Positions 61,301-64,000 of a stretch of 64,000 nucleotides of DNA are shown in pieces. A program made the position numbers and the translations under genes. Within the stretch, counting starts at the first letter, position 1; every line of letters begins with the position of its first letter. The notes under the pieces are model-generated. The model did not search any database, was not told the DNA's origin, and saw only the letters and a program-made list of their open reading frames with translations. The stretch spans positions 36,022,001-36,086,000 of the forward strand of contig OX597815.1 of assembly GCA_951406725.2 (NCBI GenBank), read 5' to 3'. Source of the stretch: Octopus vulgaris (Eukaryota).

Positions 61301-63725
61301 CATATTTCTAACATAGAAACATACTGAGCACTTTTGTATTATTGTATGAAAAACAAATAAAAGTAATATTATATATAATACTAATAATTTGTAAATTCTT
61401 ATTATATATTGTAGACAATACATTTAGAAATAATCTCCAATATACTTTTCAGAGAAAAAGCAATGTAAAACTTTTTAAATTAGAGTTACTGGACTAAGAG
61501 TAGAACTTGGAGAATGACTGGAAGTCAGTCAAAAATGTAAAAGTTTAAATCATTTGAAATAATTATAGGTGTGTGTGCATGTGTAGTGCATATATGTGCA
61601 CATAGATGAGTGGCTGATATTACATAACTAACAGTTGAGGATGGATTTATGCTTGGCATGGGACTAGTAGCATGGGACTTAGCACAGGATTGAAGCACAA
61701 TTTGGTTCTGAAGGTGAAAGGCAACCCTCACAGCCAGTCTTAGCTAAATCATCATTTAACACCCAGCTTCCATGCTGGCATGGGCTATATGGTTTAAAAG
61801 GACCTGATAAATCAGAAGACTGGGTCATGCTCCAATGTCTAGTTTTGCATGGTTTCTACAGCTGAGTGTCCTTTCCCAATGCCAACCATTTTACAGTGTA
61901 CTAGGTGCATTTTTCATGGCACCAACACTAGTGATGATCACCTTGTAATTTCCTTCTTAAGTTTTATTTCTTATTCTAAAAATAAATTTCCAAATTAATT
62001 GCCATCAATTTTTTTTCCTTCTTCACAAATAATCTTTTCCAAAAATCCTACTACTATTGAGAGTTATAATTGTCTTGGAAGCATCAGAAGATGTAATTTT
62101 ACTATTTCGTATATGTTTATTTATAAGCATAAATGAAATAATTTGAGCAAGCCTGTTGTTAACTAATCACCTATAAAGTAGAAGTGGAAACTCTAGTCAT
62201 TTAGGTAAGCTGAAGTAAGCTGACTTACATTGAAATGCAAGTCAGTGACTAAATTATTTTGACTGGGGGTACAACATACGGTCAATTGTTGAGCAATTTA
62301 ACTGTATAGCCATTATACAATAATTGACAATTGATCCAAAGTAATCACCGAACTGTAATTAATAGTTGAACTAAAATAACTTGAGCTAAATCTTTTGACT
62401 TTTCTTTATCTTCATCTTAAAAGATGTGGTTAGTTAGAAAAACACGTAGGTTCTAGATTGCTAAAATTTGAAAGAAAATGTGAAGCGAAAGGTTTTCAAT
62501 CCCAACTTGCAGTAATGGTGGTGGGTGGGTGTACCAGAATATTGATACTAGAAAAGTTAAAAGTTAGAATGAGAACACATGGGGAAAATATTCCAAAGGA
62601 GTTCCTTATAATAAAATATTGTAAACCAATATGGAATCCTCTACATTAGGCATGGGCAACCTTTTTCAAGAAGCAGGCTGCATGAGAAATGGCTTATCAC
62701 CAGGCAAACCACACTACTAAATAAATCCATGGTAATTTTTCATTAGATCTGGCATTCAGAAAGTCCTGTTGGCTGCACTTTACTTATGACTACTCTACAT
62801 AGCTAATTGACCCACTAGAAATAGTAGCTGAATCTCCATCAGATAACACTGCTCTTTTAAAAAAAAAAAAAAGGAAGGGCATATTGAATAATGTAGGGTG
62901 AAATAAAAAAAATTTTTTTTTGAAGGATGGTCATGGCTAAAAGCCTTTGATCATACATCAGCTCAATCAGAGCTGATCAGGGGCTAAACAACAATAAAAA
63001 GATAGCATATAATGCCTGGTATGGTATCTTTCGAATACAAGACATCAAAAGTAAAGAATTTGGTATAGTATATACATTCTACTATATGTAAGGATACTGC
63101 TTACAGATTCTAGAAAAGATGAAAGAAAAATATGAAATATTTCAAATTCATCATCATTTGTCACTGGTTGTGGGCTGTATCATCTAGCACACAGAACAGA
63201 AAAAAAAACAGTCCAACTTTGTTGATGTATCTGTCTTACAGAATGAACAGTATTTCACTGTACCAGTAACACTAGTAAGGTTCTCCCATGCATGAGAACT
63301 TAAGAGGCTTATTCAAAGTTGTATGCCTTAGCAAGTAGTGATATGTGAACTCTGCACCATGCAGAGTCCACATTTCACTTACATGTTCCATTTTTGTCAA
63401 TAGTATGTTTAAGAATTACATGTTTTTCTTTTAATAGCAAACTGCCAGAATTCTTGAGAAATAATTTTCTCTAAAATGTTAAACATGAAAATTTTACAAA
63501 AATTTGTGATACAGTCTACCATTTCCTGGTGTCGATATAAAGCAAGTATTGAATGGTAATTTAAATAAATATTCATCAATTTAATGTTAATTCCAAGGAT
63601 AGATTATTATATACACACATTTACAAACACATATGTTCTTTTTAACTCACCTCAAGATTTTTTGACACCACATTTTTGACAACAGCTGGGAACAAATCTG
63701 AAGCATCTTTTCCTTTGGCAACCAT
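20524..63725 (-). CDS. AP3B: AP-3 complex subunit beta (beta-3 adaptin), 22 coding exons in the window, 5'-incomplete
   Basis: Manually spliced exons with GT-AG boundaries and consistent phases give a 3048-nt frame. It covers the adaptin N-terminal trunk ([50 protein letters not shown]; [10 protein letters not shown]), an acidic Ser-rich hinge, the clathrin box LLDLD and the C-terminal ear (CEKMVIGSM). Start codon lies beyond 64000. Confidence 0.97.
21167..21396 (-). mobile_element. Young tRNA-derived SINE with 16-bp TSD in the last AP3B intron
   Basis: TSD ttctatatcctaatct at 21151-21166 and 21397-21412; B box GAGTTCAAATTCC; older relatives near 8100-8500, 29600, 42390-42950, 43570 and 49600. 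Confidence 0.9.
21483..21665 (-). CDS. AP3B: AP3B exon (183 nt) [25 protein letters not shown]...[21 protein letters not shown]
   Basis: ttcacag acceptor, gtaagc donor. Confidence 0.93.
22607..22649 (-). CDS. AP3B: AP3B exon (43 nt) [14 protein letters not shown]
   Basis: tttttcag acceptor, gtaagt donor. Confidence 0.88.
24067..24255 (-). CDS. AP3B: AP3B exon (189 nt) [31 protein letters not shown]...IKIGNK
   Basis: ttttag acceptor, AAG|gtatgt donor; start of the ear domain. Confidence 0.92.
25492..25619 (-). CDS. AP3B: AP3B exon (128 nt) [42 protein letters not shown]
   Basis: tttcag acceptor, gttagt donor; phase 1 to 0 restores the frame. Confidence 0.85.
26059..26331. repeat. Near-perfect ~273-bp palindrome, Penelope-like terminal repeat with hammerhead-like cores
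   Basis: Arms 26059-26192 and 26195-26331; GACAC-CTGATGA-A-GGCTG..CAGCC-aAAAC-GTT-GTGTT in the right arm. Confidence 0.85.
28087..28165 (-). CDS. AP3B: AP3B exon (79 nt) [26 protein letters not shown], clathrin box
   Basis: tttacccag acceptor, gtgagt donor; LLDLD clathrin-box motif typical of beta-3. Confidence 0.9.
29166..29440 (-). CDS. AP3B: AP3B exon (275 nt), acidic Ser/Asp/Glu-rich hinge
   Basis: ttttcag acceptor, AAG|gtaaga donor; phase fits both neighbours; beta-3 hinges are known to be acidic and Ser-rich. Confidence 0.92.
30443..30661 (-). CDS. AP3B: AP3B exon (219 nt) [40 protein letters not shown]...[10 protein letters not shown]
   Basis: ttctag acceptor, ATG|gtaaat donor; conserved LGTLSH/GY.ELP/PDP.VR motifs. 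Confidence 0.93.
31790..32045 (-). CDS. AP3B: AP3B exon (256 nt) [14 protein letters not shown]...[15 protein letters not shown]...[11 protein letters not shown]
   Basis: tttgcag acceptor, AAG|gtatat donor. Confidence 0.95.
32841..33057 (+). mobile_element. Family-1 copy (CpG-rich, young) in an AP3B intron
   Basis: Same core; (GAT)n tail at ~33040-33057. Confidence 0.88.
33155..33322 (-). CDS. AP3B: AP3B exon (168 nt) [56 protein letters not shown]
   Basis: ttttcag acceptor, GAG|gtaatt donor. Confidence 0.95.
34560..34800. mobile_element. MITE-like element with five internal 16-bp tandem repeats
   Basis: Imperfect TIRs (agttcacaaccatcagttcatcgcagg / cctacagtgaactgatgatggtggaact); cgtgaagagcgttcrg-like unit x5 at ~34615-34694. 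Confidence 0.6.
36520..37620 (+). mobile_element. Old degenerate LINE (CR1/L2-like) RT remnant
   Basis: [17 protein letters not shown] (DxSKAFD motif) near 36712; [16 protein letters not shown] (YK..IRP.MEY motif) near 37295; C/A-rich strand bias. Confidence 0.7.
40409..40776 (+). mobile_element. Non-autonomous Helitron
   Basis: A^TC..TATATATAAA 5' end; subterminal hairpin ACCCGGC-GTT-GCCAGGT at 40749-40765; CTAG^T 3' end; no TSD. Confidence 0.85.
43278..43504. mobile_element. Second piggyBac-type MITE family (TTAA-CCCTTTAG TIR)
   Basis: ttaaccctttagt ... actaaagggttaa; relatives at 3126-3352 (nested in a CORE-type SINE) and 16707-16930. Confidence 0.85.
46611..46663 (-). CDS. AP3B: AP3B exon (53 nt) [18 protein letters not shown]
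   Basis: ttgcag acceptor, CAG|gtaagc donor; followed by a 13.3-kb phase-0 intron. Confidence 0.94.
47127..47259 (-). CDS. AP3B: AP3B exon (133 nt) [44 protein letters not shown]
   Basis: tttgtag acceptor, ATG|gtaaat donor. Confidence 0.94.
48403..48632. mobile_element. piggyBac-type MITE (TTAA target, CCCTTTCGTTAC-like TIR)
   Basis: TTAA at both ends with TIRs; reverse-oriented sister copy at 54693-54922. Confidence 0.85.
48759..48821 (-). CDS. AP3B: AP3B exon (63 nt) [21 protein letters not shown]
   Basis: ttttgcag acceptor, CAG|gtaaag donor. Confidence 0.95.
50039..50110 (-). CDS. AP3B: AP3B exon (72 nt) [24 protein letters not shown]
   Basis: caacag acceptor, AAG|gtaaga donor. Confidence 0.95.
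51283..51337 (-). CDS. AP3B: AP3B exon (55 nt) [18 protein letters not shown]
   Basis: tttcag acceptor, AAG|gtaaaa donor. Confidence 0.92.
51648..53885 (-). mobile_element. 5'-truncated CR1-type LINE in an AP3B intron; RT ORF 51723..53456 plus a frameshifted upstream piece 53432..53842
   Basis: RT motifs [44 protein letters not shown] and FFTLRV..WNKLP; (ATT)n tail at 51648-51673. Confidence 0.95.
54251..54348 (-). CDS. AP3B: AP3B exon (98 nt) [32 protein letters not shown]
   Basis: caacag acceptor, gtaaga donor; not in the ORF track, read directly from sequence. Confidence 0.93.
54693..54922. mobile_element. piggyBac-type MITE nested in the tail of an old family-1 SINE
   Basis: ttaaccctttcgttac ... 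gtaacgaaagggttaa; flanks rejoin as ggatgttaaatgacaac. Confidence 0.88.
55483..55641 (-). CDS. AP3B: AP3B exon (159 nt) [11 protein letters not shown]...[22 protein letters not shown]
   Basis: Inside ORF 55381..55653; accag acceptor, GCG|gtaggt donor. Confidence 0.92.
55795..56069 (+). mobile_element. Family-1 copy in an AP3B intron
   Basis: Same core and tail. Confidence 0.88.
56614..56796 (-). CDS. AP3B: AP3B exon (183 nt) [41 protein letters not shown]...
   Basis: Inside ORF 56494..56829; tttcag acceptor, gtaagt donor. Confidence 0.95.
56997..57063 (-). CDS. AP3B: AP3B exon (67 nt) [22 protein letters not shown]
   Basis: aacag acceptor, ACA|gtgagt donor; phase 2 to 0. Confidence 0.93.
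57235..57395 (-). CDS. AP3B: AP3B exon (161 nt) [19 protein letters not shown]...[16 protein letters not shown]
   Basis: tttcag acceptor, CAG|gtgagc donor. Confidence 0.95.
57480..58460 (+). mobile_element. Old LINE 3' remnant interrupted by a MITE
   Basis: [22 protein letters not shown] resembles the LQPLSHRR.VASL.LFY.YY.G motif; F.RNSSLWN-like end near 58345. Confidence 0.55.
58012..58219. mobile_element. Tigger/pogo-like MITE
   Basis: Right TIR gcgagggattactg-TA; degenerate left TIR taaatcccctcgactatcg. Confidence 0.7.
58530..58625 (-). CDS. AP3B: AP3B exon (96 nt) [32 protein letters not shown]
   Basis: ttttcaag acceptor, AAG|gtaaaa donor; highly conserved beta-adaptin motif. Confidence 0.95.
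59390..59765 (+). mobile_element. Family-1 copy with several internal tandem units
   Basis: Repeated gccggtggcacgtaaaaagcacc units; older copies at ~22010, 31170, 34870, 41900, 54590 and 61750. Confidence 0.88.
60075..60290 (-). mobile_element. Penelope-like fragment with a variant minimal hammerhead at 60176-60211
   Basis: Minus strand CTTT-CTGTAGA-A-GAGC-gtag-GCTC-GAAAC-ATA-AAAG; flanked by (TA)n on both sides. Confidence 0.6.
62647..62792. mobile_element. hAT-type MITE
   Basis: 8-bp TSD ctctacat at 62639-62646 and 62793-62800; TAGGCATGGGCAA terminus. Confidence 0.75.
63651..63725 (-). CDS. AP3B: AP3B exon (75 nt) [25 protein letters not shown]
   Basis: ttcag acceptor, GAG|gtgagt donor; internal exon, the Met is not the start. 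Confidence 0.93.
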
Positions 63726-64000
63726 CTGAAATAAAATGGATTTACCTCAATACAACAATCAACAGTGTAATATATATCCTGAGATATGGTATGAGCAGGT
63801 AAAGTAAGAGTGTGAGAATACTGATTTTATACTAAGTATTGACAATACAGCTGATCATCTGGGTCGACATAAAACTTCCATCAGTCATGACTAGGTTTTT
63901 GTTTTCTTTCTCCAACTAAGAGGCAAATTAACTTATTCCATTGTTTAACCTTTTAAGAGCAAAAAAAAAAAAAGAAAATAGCTACACTTTATTGGCTGTA

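Overview
AT-rich, repeat-dense eukaryotic (animal) genomic DNA; the SINE repertoire and gene structure point to a cephalopod, probably an Octopus species (inference). The main feature is a minus-strand gene for the AP-3 adaptor complex beta subunit (AP3B; beta-3A/beta-3B pro-orthologue, Drosophila ruby). I traced 22 coding exons with canonical GT-AG sites from 63725 down to the stop at 20524. They total 3048 nt, read as one open frame (1015 aa plus stop), and the first exon(s) lie beyond the right edge of the window. Introns and the 20 kb downstream are filled with SINEs (at least four families), CR1- and RTE-type LINE pieces, mariner and DD37D/maT remnants, piggyBac/hAT/Tigger-type MITEs, a non-autonomous Helitron and Penelope-like fragments with hammerhead-ribozyme-like cores. 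The most interesting signals are: (i) candidate in-frame microexons in the unusually long 13.3-kb AP3B intron; (ii) a TAA-TGA-TAG triple stop ending AP3B; (iii) a ~273-bp intronic palindrome with a minimal hammerhead fold in each arm; (iv) inverted MITEs bracketing a frame-preserving 288-nt four-exon block; (v) weak traces of a convergent plus-strand gene in 0.5-13.3 kb. No prokaryotic-type system or CRISPR array is present.
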